Below, piece by piece: positions 40,275-50,592 of a DNA stretch of 64,000 bases (positions are counted from its first letter, which is position 1; every line of letters begins with the position of its first letter). A model generated the notes under the pieces. It had not been told where the DNA came from and did no database searches. It saw only the letters and a program-made list of their open reading frames with translations. The position numbers and the translations under genes were made by a program. Location: contig OY759746.1 in the NCBI GenBank assembly GCA_963662795.1, positions 3,328,001 to 3,392,000 of the forward strand, given 5' to 3'. The stretch is from Spirochaetia bacterium (GTDB taxonomy: Bacteria; Spirochaetota; Spirochaetia; CADAEX01).

Positions 40275-40874
40275 AAATATAAAAAGCCCCCAGAAAAAAA
40301 ACGAGAAAAGTATAAAAAAAGTATTGTCTGCCCTGCCGGATTTTATCCTGAAGGAGGTGGCTGAAGGTATCTCTTCTTCCTTTTCAGATAAACCTTCAAT
40401 TTCAATAAGTCTTGCATCTATCTGTCCGATGATATCGGATTTTACATTCAGTTTCATTTCAGTGAATTTTTCAAAATAATAAAAAGTTTTGTACAAAAGG
40501 AGCCCTGTTTTTCCCGGAAAGATGAGCTCTTTTCTTACAGCAAATCTTGAAATATAAACTGATCCGATAAGAAGCAGTGATTTTTCAATACCGGAAATTA
40601 AAGCCTCTTCTGTAATAAACACTGGGCCTGCTGTGAAAATTACCTTACCGCCGAAAGGATAAATGTTTGCAAGCAGCACTCCTGCAGTAAGGATGATGTT
40701 GGGCAGGAGCCTGAAATTCCTTCCGGAAAAAAGGTTCATCAGTATAATAATTGCTGTAAAAACCAGTCGTATTGCTGTGTTTTCAGTAAACAAAAAAGGG
40801 ATCATTACAGAAAGGCCGGTATAAAAAAAAGTTTTTGGAATGATGCTTTTAAAGAGATTGGGAAGTCTAACCAT
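40248..40874 (-). CDS. Membrane protein, EcfT-like
   Basis: Multi-TM; 'P.GGKV...IT.EAL..G'; coupled to Gx transporter gene. Confidence 0.6.
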   Translation of the reverse strand: MVRLPNLFKSIIPKTFFYTGLSVMIPFLFTENTAIRLVFTAIIILMNLFSGRNFRLLPNIILTAGVLLANIYPFGGKVIFTAGPVFITEEALISGIEKSLLLIGSVYISRFAVRKELIFPGKTGLLLYKTFYYFEKFTEMKLNVKSDIIGQIDARLIEIEGLSEKEEEIPSATSFRIKSGRADNTFFILFSFFFWGLFIFSKIDLWRG

Positions 40875-41436
40875 TTCCAGGCTCTTTTGCAGGTTTTTTT
40901 TCCGAAATTTTGTTTGAGACCATGGAAAGCCATTTCGATTTCGAAATAAAAGACTGAGCGAACATCCCTATAAGTATTGAACTTACGGTGCCTGTGATTA
41001 AAACAGGCGGTGCAATAATAAGTGCCGCTTCGCCGAAAATAACAAGCCGCGCTATATAAAGCTGGATTATATTGCTTGCCAGAGCTCCCAGTACTGATAT
41101 GCCTATCATTGAAATGTGTTTCCTGAAAATATTTTTACCCAGGATCATCGCAGCTCCGCCCGCAACAGAGCCGAAAAAAGAAAAGAGGAAAATATAGGAA
41201 AAAACAGTCCCTGTAATTATTCCCTGCCCGGCAATTTTAAGGAGGACAAGCACAAAGGAGAGAGCTGGTGAAAATATTTCAAGCGATATTAAAATGGGAA
41301 TGTTCGCGATTCCAAGCCGCAGGAACGGGAGAGGTTTCGGGATGATATATTCTATCATTGACAGGAATACACAGCAGCCTGAAAGGAGGGCAAGGGTTTC
41401 CCTTTTGTCAAAAACTGACTGCATCAATTTTTTCAT
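40867..41436 (-). CDS. Gx transporter family protein (heptaprenyl diphosphate synthase component I-like)
   Basis: IE..IPKPLPFLRLGIANI, S..GISVLGA..SN..QL. Confidence 0.88.
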   Translation of the reverse strand: MKKLMQSVFDKRETLALLSGCCVFLSMIEYIIPKPLPFLRLGIANIPILISLEIFSPALSFVLVLLKIAGQGIITGTVFSYIFLFSFFGSVAGGAAMILGKNIFRKHISMIGISVLGALASNIIQLYIARLVIFGEAALIIAPPVLITGTVSSILIGMFAQSFISKSKWLSMVSNKISEKKPAKEPGNG

Positions 41437-41782
41437 TGTCTTCCTCTTTTCCTGTTATCCTTATAAAAACCCTGTTCGGAAGGCATCCGGCCCAGTCCCC
41501 CGTACTGTCAAGATGTCCTGATTTTACGCACAGCTTGTCAGGGCAGGGTGAGTCAAGAAAGTAAGCCTCCCTGTCCCTGATGAGAATTACAGAGTCTCCT
41601 AACGGCCCTTTAATATAAAGCACCCTGTCCCGGTCAAGCTGATAAACTTCTTTGCCGGATGATGCTGTAATTTCAAGGAGTTCAGGAGAGCTGTACCCGT
41701 CATATATATAAAATCCGGCAGTTATTGCCGTGGTTAAGCTTAACGCGATTGCCGCTATATCTGCGATTTTAATAAGTTTCAT
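41408..41782 (-). CDS. NusG domain II-containing protein
   Basis: GPLG, SPCPDKLCV..G, CLPNRV. Confidence 0.9.
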   Translation of the reverse strand: MKLIKIADIAAIALSLTTAITAGFYIYDGYSSPELLEITASSGKEVYQLDRDRVLYIKGPLGDSVILIRDREAYFLDSPCPDKLCVKSGHLDSTGDWAGCLPNRVFIRITGKEEDNEKIDAVSF

Positions 41783-41888
41783 CTTTTACTAATTTACAGC
41801 AATTGAAAGGAAATCAGAAGAACAAAAATCTGAAAACTGAGATTAAATTTTAATGGAATATTTTAGATTTTTAAAAAACAGGTTCTAC

Positions 41889-41917
41889 TTGACAATTAAT
41901 TGAACATCAGATAAATT
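41889..41917 (+). promoter_or_regulatory. Sigma70 promoter of tRNA-Met
   Basis: TTGACA-17 bp-TAAATT ending 19 bp before the tRNA. Confidence 0.75.
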
Positions 41918-41936
41918 AACCACCGTATTAAATCAT

Positions 41937-42009
41937 GGTGGCGTAGCTCAGTCGGTAGAGCAAACGGCTCATATCCGTTCGGTCAGGGGTTCAAATCCCT
42001 TCGCCACTA
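41937..42009 (+). tRNA. tRNA-Met(CAT), elongator type; CCA not encoded
   Basis: Cloverleaf: GGTGGCG/CGCCACT acceptor, GCTC/GAGC D stem, AACGG-CTCATAT-CCGTT anticodon arm, AGGGG-TTCAAAT-CCCTT T arm; lacks initiator features. Confidence 0.95.
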
Positions 42010-42095
42010 ATAAAAAAACAATTAAGAGATTGGTTAAATCGTTGTAATGTAAAGCTTCATTAAAAACTACCTTGCAAAATGTTATTTTATCTTAA

Positions 42096-42675
42096 GGGAC
42101 TTCTGAATAATTCAAGTTTTTCAGCTTTTTTCTCATAAATAAGCTCGTTCAGATAATCTTATGAAGTAAAATATTCCCAAAACCCTGAATTATTCCTTAA
42201 AGGACTAATGGTTTTAATACCCAAACCGGGCATTATTCTCAATTGTGTTCGTTATGCACAGATTAGACTCTGTCTTTTCACAGGAACCATATTTACATGA
42301 GTACATGAAACAAATACATGATTTGCATTCTTATCAAATCCATGGTATCTAACCTTCCGGTATCCAAACTATCTTTTAAGCACAAAGACATGCTCTACCT
42401 TAGCCCTGATTCGTGATTTGTTTCTGTTTTGCTCTTTTCCTTTTTCCGTAATGGCCTTACTTCTTCTGTCCACTTCTATGTGGGGTTTCATTCCAAAATG
42501 TCATTGATTCCCTTTTTTTGTCAGCTTCATTTCAGGATCCCTTCCTTTTTTCATGTTTTTAATGAATTCGGCGCTTCTGTTATTGTGGCATCTACTATGG
42601 TTTCTCTATAAACCTTTATTCCGTTTTCATGCAGGTATACATTTATCCTGGCAAAAAGTTCAGAGGCAAGGTCCC
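42096..42675 (-). mobile_element. Decayed, internally deleted IS5-family element
   Basis: End GGGACTTCTGAATAATT after TTAA; aligns with 63123-63830; broken transposase motifs (VDAT, FGMK, RAKVEH, VRY.G.DKN); other end uncertain (TTCAGAGG..GTCCC then TTAG). Confidence 0.85.
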
Positions 42676-42710
42676 TTAGGTGATATTCTAAATTTCCAGA
42701 ATTGTTTTTA

Positions 42711-42752
42711 TTGACAAAGATAGAAGTATCTAATAAAGTTAGATAAAACTAA
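42711..42752 (+). promoter_or_regulatory. Sigma70 promoter of the island operon, overlapped by two (T)TAG-N6-CTAA boxes
   Basis: TTGACA(42711)-17 bp-TAAAGT(42734); ATAGAAGTATCTAA 42720-42733 and TTAGATAAAACTAA 42739-42752. Confidence 0.65.
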
Positions 42753-42769
42753 GGATATATGACTTAAAT

Positions 42770-43384
42770 ATGCAGAAAAAAAAAGAATATATTGAAAACG
42801 CCATTATCAATGCCGCAAAAAGGGAGTTTATAGATAAGGGATTCCAGAGTGCCTCTATGCGTTCAATTGCAAAAAGATCCGGTATCTCTCTCAGCAATAT
42901 TTATAATTATTTTAAGTGCAAGGATGAAATATTTGAGGTAGTCATCAGCCCTGTTATAAAAAAGATTAACTCCGGTAAAATATTTATGGCCGATCCAGTG
43001 TCTGCTGAAAATGTTAATGATCTTGAGTCCCATCTTGAAATCATGAATAAAGTTATAAAGTTTGTGGAAGATAACAAAGATATTTTGAAAATGATTTTGT
43101 TCAGGTCAAATGGATCGGGGTATGAGACTTATGCTGATAACTTGACTGATTGGTATACTGATCTGTCTATGGAATATATTCCTGTTATGTGTAAGGAACG
43201 GAATATGGAGGTTATAAAGTTCGATCGTTTTATAATTCATAATATTGCAGGTCTGTGGATACAGTTTTTCAGAGAGGCACTGATGCATGATATTTCCGGC
43301 AATAAATTAAAAAATTCGGCTAAAGATATGATGGCTTTTATATATTTCGGCTGGTGTGGGATGTTTGAGAGAAAAAAGGAATAA
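42770..43384 (+). CDS. TetR/AcrR-family regulator
   Basis: I..AA..EF..KGF..ASMRSIAKRSGIS.SNIYNYF.CK. Confidence 0.93.
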   Translation: MQKKKEYIENAIINAAKREFIDKGFQSASMRSIAKRSGISLSNIYNYFKCKDEIFEVVISPVIKKINSGKIFMADPVSAENVNDLESHLEIMNKVIKFVEDNKDILKMILFRSNGSGYETYADNLTDWYTDLSMEYIPVMCKERNMEVIKFDRFIIHNIAGLWIQFFREALMHDISGNKLKNSAKDMMAFIYFGWCGMFERKKE

Positions 43385-43402
43385 AATATTTTTTGGATGT
43401 AA

Positions 43403-43419
43403 AACGAACAATGTTCGTT
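43403..43419. promoter_or_regulatory. Perfect 8-1-8 palindrome AACGAACA-A-TGTTCGTT, probable TetR operator
   Basis: Directly after the tetR stop; recurs at 45454-45470. Confidence 0.8.
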
Positions 43420-43467
43420 ATTAAGGTGAACCTATAAAAATAATTGACTGAAAAAGGGAGGTCGAAA

Positions 43468-44238
43468 GTGGATAAGGGAAAGATATTTCTGATTTTATTT
43501 TTGGGATTAAGTTTGGCTGATCTTATGGCTCATACAGGCAGAGATATAATGGTTATGGTTGACGAAAGGGAGGACGGGGAGACAAGGCATTCCGTTATTG
43601 AAATGACTCTGATTAACAAAAACGGCAGGACCCGTGTAAGAAACGTTATTTCGTATCAGAAGGATTACGGGAAAGATAAAAAATCTCTTATGTATTTTAC
43701 AAAGCCTGAGGATGTGAAGGGGACAGGATTTCTAAGCTGGGAATATGAGGACCAGGATAAAGAGGATGATAAATGGCTTTATATGCCGGCCCTTAGAAAA
43801 GAGAGGAGAATAAGCGGAAGTTCTGATAAAGAATATTTTATGGGGACAGATTTTACCTATGATGATATGGGTGACAGAAATGTTGATGAAGACATCCATA
43901 AACTTGTTGCGGAAGAGGAAGTTTCCGGTTTTGATTGCTGGGTTGTGGAATCGATCCCTAAAAATGAGAGTGAATATAGCAGTAAAAAGGTCTGGGTCAG
44001 AAAGGATATAGCTGTAGTTGTAAAGGTTGATTATTACAATAAAGTCGGGCTGATGAAAACTCTCAGTTGTATGGATATAGTTGAAATTGACGGAATATGG
44101 TCTGTCAGGAAGATGATAATGGAAAATATTCAGACAAAACATAAAACGATTATGGAAATATCAGATATAAGGTTTAATGAAAATATTCAGGATACGCTGT
44201 TCACAGTTTCTGCTTTGAAAACAGGAAGAATTCGTTAA
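43468..44238 (+). CDS. Outer-membrane lipoprotein-sorting (LolA-like) protein
   Basis: F..P.DVKGTGFL, DD.WLY.PAL...RRIS, FMGTDFTY.D; GTG start after GGGAGG. Confidence 0.9.
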   Translation: MDKGKIFLILFLGLSLADLMAHTGRDIMVMVDEREDGETRHSVIEMTLINKNGRTRVRNVISYQKDYGKDKKSLMYFTKPEDVKGTGFLSWEYEDQDKEDDKWLYMPALRKERRISGSSDKEYFMGTDFTYDDMGDRNVDEDIHKLVAEEEVSGFDCWVVESIPKNESEYSSKKVWVRKDIAVVVKVDYYNKVGLMKTLSCMDIVEIDGIWSVRKMIMENIQTKHKTIMEISDIRFNENIQDTLFTVSALKTGRIR

Positions 44239-44249
44239 CAGGTGGGAAT

Positions 44250-45437
44250 ATGAAAAAAGCTATTCTGACAATTATTATTTTTATTTTTACAGTTTTTAGT
44301 ATAACTGCAGTTGAACTTGACGGTTTTGCAGACTGTTATTCTTCTGTCGGGATAAAAAAAGATAATGATTTTATCGGTCTTAGATCAAGAATGCGGTTGA
44401 ATCTGTCAGCTGATAATGACAGATCTTATTTTTACGGATCTTTAAACTGTGTGGATAATCAGGGACTTTCTGAAAAGGAGATTACTCTTCGGGAACTCTA
44501 TATGGAACACAGTGGAGAGTTATGGGATATTAGAATAGGGCGGCAGATTTACATCTGGGGCAAGGCTGACGGTGTGAGGATTACTGATCTTATCTGCCCT
44601 GCTGATTACACAGAATACAATACAAGGGATCTTGATGATGTCAGGATGCCGGTTGAATCTGTAAAGGTGAGATATTTTCTACCATTCGGAGAAGTTGAAT
44701 TTATATGGATACCCCTGTTTAAAAGTTCTTTATATCCCGAAGGGGAAAATCCGTGGACGGTTGAGACTTCTTTAGCTGGTGAAGATGATGTTGTCCTGAA
44801 CGATCCTGTTGAGCCGGAGAAGAAATTTGAAAACAGTGAGATAGCTGGGAAGCTGTCGTTTTATCTTTCCGGTTTTGACTTTGCCATCTCCGCATTTCAC
44901 ACATGGGATGATGAACCTGTTTATCATAAGACAAGAAGTAACGGGGTTGTTTCTCTGACCCCTGAATATCACAGACTTGAATCTTTTGGTGTGGAACTGT
45001 CAAAACCTCTTTCTGATTTTGTATTGAGAAGTGAAACAGCATGTTTACTCGGGAAGTATTTTGCCTCTTTGAATGAGATGGGTGTAACAGAGAAGAATTA
45101 TATAAAAAGTCTGGCGGGACTGGATTGGTATGGTGATAACAATGTTGTAATTCTTCTCCAGGGAGGAGTTGATTTTATTATTGATTATGAAAAAGCTGTC
45201 AGCCGCGATGAGGCAGTCTTTTACGCTACGTTTAATATTACCAAAAAACTTTTTCGGGAATTATTGGAACTTAAAAATATGATCTATTACGATTTCAATG
45301 ATGAAGATGGGTATAATTGCGCTTCTGCTGAATATTCCATGACTGATGATTTCCGCTTTTCTCTTGGGGTGAATAATTATTTTGATACATATGAAAAAAA
45401 TAACATGATCTGGGTAAAGGCAAAATACAATTATTGA
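44250..45437 (+). CDS. DUF1302-like outer-membrane beta-barrel protein
   Basis: Signal peptide; LRELY, IGRQ..WGKADG..ITD.I.P.D; ends KAKYNY. Confidence 0.75.
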   Translation: MKKAILTIIIFIFTVFSITAVELDGFADCYSSVGIKKDNDFIGLRSRMRLNLSADNDRSYFYGSLNCVDNQGLSEKEITLRELYMEHSGELWDIRIGRQIYIWGKADGVRITDLICPADYTEYNTRDLDDVRMPVESVKVRYFLPFGEVEFIWIPLFKSSLYPEGENPWTVETSLAGEDDVVLNDPVEPEKKFENSEIAGKLSFYLSGFDFAISAFHTWDDEPVYHKTRSNGVVSLTPEYHRLESFGVELSKPLSDFVLRSETACLLGKYFASLNEMGVTEKNYIKSLAGLDWYGDNNVVILLQGGVDFIIDYEKAVSRDEAVFYATFNITKKLFRELLELKNMIYYDFNDEDGYNCASAEYSMTDDFRFSLGVNNYFDTYEKNNMIWVKAKYNY

Positions 45438-45442
45438 TTTTT

Positions 45443-45470
45443 AACGAACATAAAACGAACAATGTTCGTG
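45443..45470. promoter_or_regulatory. Second TetR-type operator plus an extra half site
   Basis: AACGAACA (45443) then TAAAACGAACAATGTTCGT (45451-45469), identical to 43400-43418. Confidence 0.8.
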
Positions 45471-45487
45471 TATGAATGGAGGGTAAT

Positions 45488-47932
45488 ATGGGAATTAAGA
45501 TAGAAAAAATAAATGAAAGATTCAAAGTGCTGGGTGAGCGGATTGTAAAACGCAGGGGGCTGTTGCTTGGTGTGTTTGCCCTGTTGGTAGTTTTTAGCTT
45601 TATGGGAATGAGCGGCCTTAAAGCAAATTATTCGAATGACAGCTGGTTCCTGGAAAATGATCCGCTTATTGTAGTGGAGGACAAATTTAAAGAGGTTTTT
45701 GGAAACAACACAAATTGTGCAGTTTTGATTGAGGTTGAAAATATTTTTGAAAAGAATACTCTTGAGAAAATTAGAGAGCTGGGAATTGAGCTTGAAAGCA
45801 AAGTTCCCTATGCAGATGATATTATATCAATTGCTGATTTTGAGTTCCTTGATGGAATTGAAGGGGGAATGAATGTTGACCAATTGATAGGAGATCCGGT
45901 TCCATCAGATAAAGCTGTTCTTTCCCTATTAAAACAGAAAGCACTTTCAAAGCCTGCTATCTGCAATAAGCTTATTTCTTCTTCAGGAAACGAAAGCTGG
46001 ATCATATTGAGGCTTCTGAATTATCCCGAAGACTGGAATAGCGATCCCAATCATCTGAAATATATTCAAAGGGAAGCTGAATTGTATCCCGGATTGTACA
46101 AAGGAATTGATGTATCAAAACCTCTTGATCCTGAGGATATTGCAGGCGTTATTTTTAAAAGAATAGTAAGACAGGATTATTATAAAATACTCAATCCTGC
46201 AGCGGCGGGACTGCCTGTTCTTGTTTCAGATAAAAGAGAGTTTTTCAATGCGGAAACTCCGCGCCTGATGCTCCTGGGCTTGCTGATCTCAGTTCTGGTT
46301 CTTGTAATTACTCTCCGTTCTTTGAGGGGTGTTGTTTTTCCAGTAATAACAGCTGTTGCTTCAATGATAATAACATTTGGGATTGAAGGATATTTAAAAG
46401 TGGAGTTTGATCCTTCCATGATTCTTATCCCTGCTTTTCTTGGTCTGGCTGTAGCAATTGGATATTCGATTCATGTGTTCAGTTTTTACAGACAGAACCT
46501 TGATAAGTCCGGAGACAGAAAAGATGCTGCTGTTAAAGCAGTAGAGGAGATCGGGTGGCCCCTTTTGTTTACAGCTCTTACAACAATTGCAGCTCTCATC
46601 TCTTTTCGGCTTATTGATGTAAAGACACTCCGTTGGGTTGGAATGACCTCTTCATTTATGGTTGCCGTAACTTATGTTGTTTCAGTATTTATTTTTCCGG
46701 CATTATTAAGTTATGGAAAAAACAAGGATATAAATTATAAAACAAAGAATAAAGAAAGTGGTTTATTCCCGGGAATGCTGACCTCTTTTGGAGAATGGAC
46801 AACGGTAAATCCTCTTAAAATTATTGCAGTATATATTGGGTTTTCAATAATCTGTATTTACGGACTAATGAAAATTGAAGTTTCTTTTGACATAAAAGAG
46901 TCAATGGGGGAAAAGATTCCATATGTTGCGAGAAACCTTCATGTCGGTGATTCAGATCTCGGTTCAATATATTCGTATGATGTCGGAATAGAATTCCAGA
47001 ATCCGGGTGAAGCAAAGGATCCTGAAAATCTGAAGAAATTTGATGAACTAATAGAAGAAATCGAATTATTCAGCCTGACCAAGAATACAAGTTCATTGCT
47101 GGATGTGCTTAAAGATATCAATGTTGTTTTGAATGAGAATGATTATAAGTACTATAAAGTTCCTGATACAAAAGAAATGGTTGCTCAGATGCTGCTATTG
47201 TATGAAAACGCAGGTGGAACAGAGGCTGAAAAATGGGTTGATTATGATTATCAGAGACTCCATGCTGCCGTCAATCTAAAATATTACAACAGTAAAGAGG
47301 CGGTTCGTGAGTTTTCAGAGATAAGAAAATTAGCCGGAGAGTTATTCCCCGGAGCAAATGTTGTGCTTTATGGTTCAATGCCTAAGTTTACCGACATGAT
47401 GCAGAAAGTTTCATGGGGACAGATAAAAGCATTCCTGATTTCTCTTGTTATTATCTCAATACTTATGATGCTTGTTTTCGGCAGTTTTGCAACCGGTCTT
47501 ATAGGGATGATACCGAACATATCACCTGCTCTTGCTGTAGGGGGAATTATGGGGATATTCGGTATACCGCTTGATATGATGACATGTACTGTTATGCCTA
47601 TGATCATGGGACTTTCGGTTGATGATACAATCCATTTTATAAATCACACACAACTTGAATATCTAAAAACAGGGGATAGAAGAAAAAGTGTTATTCAGAC
47701 ATTTAGACGGGTTTGTCCAGCTCTTATAATGACTTCAGCTGTTCTTATCCTTAATTTTTCTGCGTATACAACCTCAATGGCCAAATTTTACCTTCATTTC
47801 GGTATTCTTACATCTGCCGGAATATTTGCAGCACTTGTTGCAGATTTGTTTGTTACACCTGCTTTGATGATTTTGCAAAAAAATAATAACAGCAGGGTCT
47901 TGATTTCTTCAAAAAGGAAAATTGCGGGCTGA
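45488..47932 (+). CDS. MMPL/RND-family transporter
   Basis: Two repeats of TM-periplasmic domain-5TM; LFTALTT, GLSVDDTIH. Confidence 0.92.
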   Translation: MGIKIEKINERFKVLGERIVKRRGLLLGVFALLVVFSFMGMSGLKANYSNDSWFLENDPLIVVEDKFKEVFGNNTNCAVLIEVENIFEKNTLEKIRELGIELESKVPYADDIISIADFEFLDGIEGGMNVDQLIGDPVPSDKAVLSLLKQKALSKPAICNKLISSSGNESWIILRLLNYPEDWNSDPNHLKYIQREAELYPGLYKGIDVSKPLDPEDIAGVIFKRIVRQDYYKILNPAAAGLPVLVSDKREFFNAETPRLMLLGLLISVLVLVITLRSLRGVVFPVITAVASMIITFGIEGYLKVEFDPSMILIPAFLGLAVAIGYSIHVFSFYRQNLDKSGDRKDAAVKAVEEIGWPLLFTALTTIAALISFRLIDVKTLRWVGMTSSFMVAVTYVVSVFIFPALLSYGKNKDINYKTKNKESGLFPGMLTSFGEWTTVNPLKIIAVYIGFSIICIYGLMKIEVSFDIKESMGEKIPYVARNLHVGDSDLGSIYSYDVGIEFQNPGEAKDPENLKKFDELIEEIELFSLTKNTSSLLDVLKDINVVLNENDYKYYKVPDTKEMVAQMLLLYENAGGTEAEKWVDYDYQRLHAAVNLKYYNSKEAVREFSEIRKLAGELFPGANVVLYGSMPKFTDMMQKVSWGQIKAFLISLVIISILMMLVFGSFATGLIGMIPNISPALAVGGIMGIFGIPLDMMTCTVMPMIMGLSVDDTIHFINHTQLEYLKTGDRRKSVIQTFRRVCPALIMTSAVLILNFSAYTTSMAKFYLHFGILTSAGIFAALVADLFVTPALMILQKNNNSRVLISSKRKIAG

Positions 47933-47971
47933 TGGATATGGAACAGACTATTTTTACTGAGGAGTATTGGC

Positions 47972-48238
47972 ATGTTGATAAGTATTCTGACTATGGCGGG
48001 CGAAGGGCAGGTAACCGGTATTGATGATATTGCTTGCCGATTACATATAAGTGACGTGTTTGCAGAACAGTTAATTCGCCATCTTTTTAGATGCGGATAT
48101 CTGAGGGGCGTCACGGCAATTTCATCTGTCTCCGGGAACTGCAAGAACTGTTTATCTGATGGAAAATGTGGTTTCAGGAAAAACGGTATTAAAATGTGGG
48201 AACTTACAGATAAAGGTAGAAAGGTTATTGAAAATTAA
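47972..48238 (+). CDS. FeoC-like winged-helix protein with Cys cluster
   Basis: GAGGAG RBS; IA..L.IS....EQLI..L...GYL, CxxC-x5-C, WELT.KG; upstream of feoA. Confidence 0.75.
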   Translation: MLISILTMAGEGQVTGIDDIACRLHISDVFAEQLIRHLFRCGYLRGVTAISSVSGNCKNCLSDGKCGFRKNGIKMWELTDKGRKVIEN

Positions 48239-48290
48239 GAACTTCTAAGTCTTTTTAAGTTAGAAGAATTGAATAAGTACAGGAGGGTAT

Positions 48291-48521
48291 ATGTATACAC
48301 TTGATTTATTAAAAACAGGCGAAACAGGGAGAATAATCAGTTTGAAAGGGGGCAAACATTTTATCAGTAGAATTACTGCTATGGGGTTTACTCCTGAAAC
48401 AAAAATAAAAATGATTTTCAACCGGGGACGAGGCCCGATTATAGTTTTTTTGCGGGATACTATGGTCGCTCTGGGGCGTGGCGAAACCTTGAAAATTAGT
48501 GTTAAGGCTGGTGCTGTATGA
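48291..48521 (+). CDS. feoA: Ferrous iron transport protein A
   Basis: G..GRI, RI.AMGFTP, GP.IV.LR...VALGRGE. Confidence 0.92.
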   Translation: MYTLDLLKTGETGRIISLKGGKHFISRITAMGFTPETKIKMIFNRGRGPIIVFLRDTMVALGRGETLKISVKAGAV

Positions 48522-50566
48522 TTACGGGTGTCAGGACGAAATCATATACTGTTGCTCTTGCCGGACAGCCCAACACAGGGAAATCAACAGTTTTTAACAG
48601 ACTTACAGGGGCAAAGCAGCATGTGGGAAATTGGCCCGGAAAAACAGTGGAAAAGAAGATGGGATTCTATGACTATGATGGTAATACTTATAACATTGTT
48701 GACCTGCCGGGTACCTATAGCCTTACTGCCAATTCAATGGAGGAGCGGATTACCAGGGATTATCTTATTAAGGAAAACCCTGATGTTATTGTTGTAATGG
48801 CTGATGCGGCTCAGCTTGAACGTACTCTTTATTTACTTGCGGAAATCAGGATGCTTGCAATTCCTGTTGTTCTTGCATTGAATATGATGGATATTGCCGA
48901 AGGACAGGGGAAAAAAATAGATGTAGAAATACTTGAAATTTCAGCCGGGGTACCTGTTGTTCCAATTGCAGCTGCAAAGGGAAGAGGAATTGATCGGCTT
49001 TTAGCTCTTGTTGCAAAGACAATAAAAACCGGAAGATCAGCAGAAAAAAACATCCATGGAAATAGTGATTTTATTAGAGAATATCAGAAATTAAAAACAC
49101 TGATATCCGGAAAAATTCCCTTACCTTATACAGAAGAGTGGATAGCTGTAAAGTTGATTGAAAATGACGATGAAGTTGTAAATATTGTTAAAGAAAATAT
49201 ATCATTATCAGATTTTGAAAAAGTTGAAAGATGCATGAAAAGAATCCCTGACGGGATTCTGCTTGCCGCAGATTCCCGGTATAACTGGATTCGAGAGATC
49301 CTTTCTATGGCTCTTGATAATTCGGAAACTGATAAAAGAGAAAGAAAGCATTCCGGATTTGACAGAGCTGCTACCCATCCTGTCTGGGGGAAGCTGATTG
49401 CTGTCGGGATTATGGTAATATCCTTTGCAGCGGCTATGATTATAGCAATTCCTCTGATGTCAGCTTTACAGGCAGTTTTGCCTTCTATTTCCTTGTTCCT
49501 CCGCGAATTCTTTTCAGCTGCCCCCGTGTGGGTGGGGTCTCTTTTCGCTGATGGACTTCTTCCCGGTCTTTTTGTTGCGTTATGTATGCTTTCCTATATC
49601 TTCGGTGTTTATATTGTATTTGGAGTACTGGAAGATGTCGGGTATCTCGCCCGGCTGGCCTATATTTTTGACCGTTCAATGAGCAAGCTCGGGCTGCACG
49701 GGAAATCATTTATGCCGCTTCTAATGAGTTTCGGGTGTAATATTGCCGGTGTCACGGGAACACGGGTTATAGATTCCTGGCGGCAACGCATGGTAACACT
49801 TGTAATGGTTCCTATTATACCATGTTTGGCGCTTTGGGCTGTGGTAAGTTTTATGGGAATGATTTTTTTCGGCCCCGGAATGCCTCTGGTTATAATTTCT
49901 CTTTTACTTGTTATGGTTCTTTATCTGGTTCTTACATCGGTATTGCTTAGAAAGACTGTATTAAAAGGTGAATCAACTGGTCTTATTATGGAATTGCCTC
50001 CCTATCATAAACCCAACTGGAATACAATATTGGGTTATGTGTGGGTTCAGGTCAAAGGATTTTTAAAACGTGCTGTGACTCTTATTACGGTGATTACTAT
50101 ATTTATATGGGCTCTTTCGTATCAACCGGATGGAAATATTGAAAACAGTATCCTTGCTTCAATTGGAAGGTTTTTTGATCCGCTTTCAGGATTGATGGGG
50201 CTGGACTGGAAACTCTTTATTGCTCTTGTAGCAGCTATTGTAGCAAAAGAGGCTTCTTTGTCAGTTCTTGCTGTTCTTTATGGAATAGGGCAGGGCTGCA
50301 TGTCTATTACAAGTCTGTTAATTCCCGGGTCCGGAGGTTTTGAAGAAGCATCCCTTATCGGATCTCTTACCCATTCCATATCGCCGGCATCTGCTTTAGC
50401 TTTTATTTTTGCTTTTTTCTTTTCTATTCCCTGTATCGGAACAATAGCGACGATAAATTCTGAGACCCGATCCCTTGGATGGACTGCCGGATGTTCACTT
50501 TATTATACTTTAATATCTTTTATCGCCGGTGTCCTGGCTTATCATGCAGGGCTCATAATTTTTTAA
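48518..50566 (+). CDS. feoB: Ferrous iron transport protein B
   Basis: GQPNTGKS, GNWPGKTVE, DLPGTYSL, NMMD, LED.GYLAR, FGC, MELP.Y. Confidence 0.96.
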   Translation: MITGVRTKSYTVALAGQPNTGKSTVFNRLTGAKQHVGNWPGKTVEKKMGFYDYDGNTYNIVDLPGTYSLTANSMEERITRDYLIKENPDVIVVMADAAQLERTLYLLAEIRMLAIPVVLALNMMDIAEGQGKKIDVEILEISAGVPVVPIAAAKGRGIDRLLALVAKTIKTGRSAEKNIHGNSDFIREYQKLKTLISGKIPLPYTEEWIAVKLIENDDEVVNIVKENISLSDFEKVERCMKRIPDGILLAADSRYNWIREILSMALDNSETDKRERKHSGFDRAATHPVWGKLIAVGIMVISFAAAMIIAIPLMSALQAVLPSISLFLREFFSAAPVWVGSLFADGLLPGLFVALCMLSYIFGVYIVFGVLEDVGYLARLAYIFDRSMSKLGLHGKSFMPLLMSFGCNIAGVTGTRVIDSWRQRMVTLVMVPIIPCLALWAVVSFMGMIFFGPGMPLVIISLLLVMVLYLVLTSVLLRKTVLKGESTGLIMELPPYHKPNWNTILGYVWVQVKGFLKRAVTLITVITIFIWALSYQPDGNIENSILASIGRFFDPLSGLMGLDWKLFIALVAAIVAKEASLSVLAVLYGIGQGCMSITSLLIPGSGGFEEASLIGSLTHSISPASALAFIFAFFFSIPCIGTIATINSETRSLGWTAGCSLYYTLISFIAGVLAYHAGLIIF

Positions 50567-50592
50567 AAAAACAGGTAGGGAGTATAAACAAT

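Noticed and set aside
41937-42009. Initiator tRNA-fMet or tRNA-Ile2 identity
   Set aside because: No C1:A72 mismatch or three G-C anticodon-stem pairs; G1-U72 and the overall sequence fit elongator Met, though Ile2 is not formally excluded
41985-42009. Duplicated tRNA 3' end (attR) marking an integrative element
   Set aside because: No second copy or integrase found by eye within the window
42429-42611. 60-aa + strand ORF, and similar ORFs at 63346 and 63521
   Set aside because: Antisense shadows of the IS5 transposase relics
48243-48266. TTCTAA...TTAGAA inverted repeat before feoA
   Set aside because: Short, AT-rich, and arms are in the opposite order to the TTAG..CTAA boxes; cannot be told from chance
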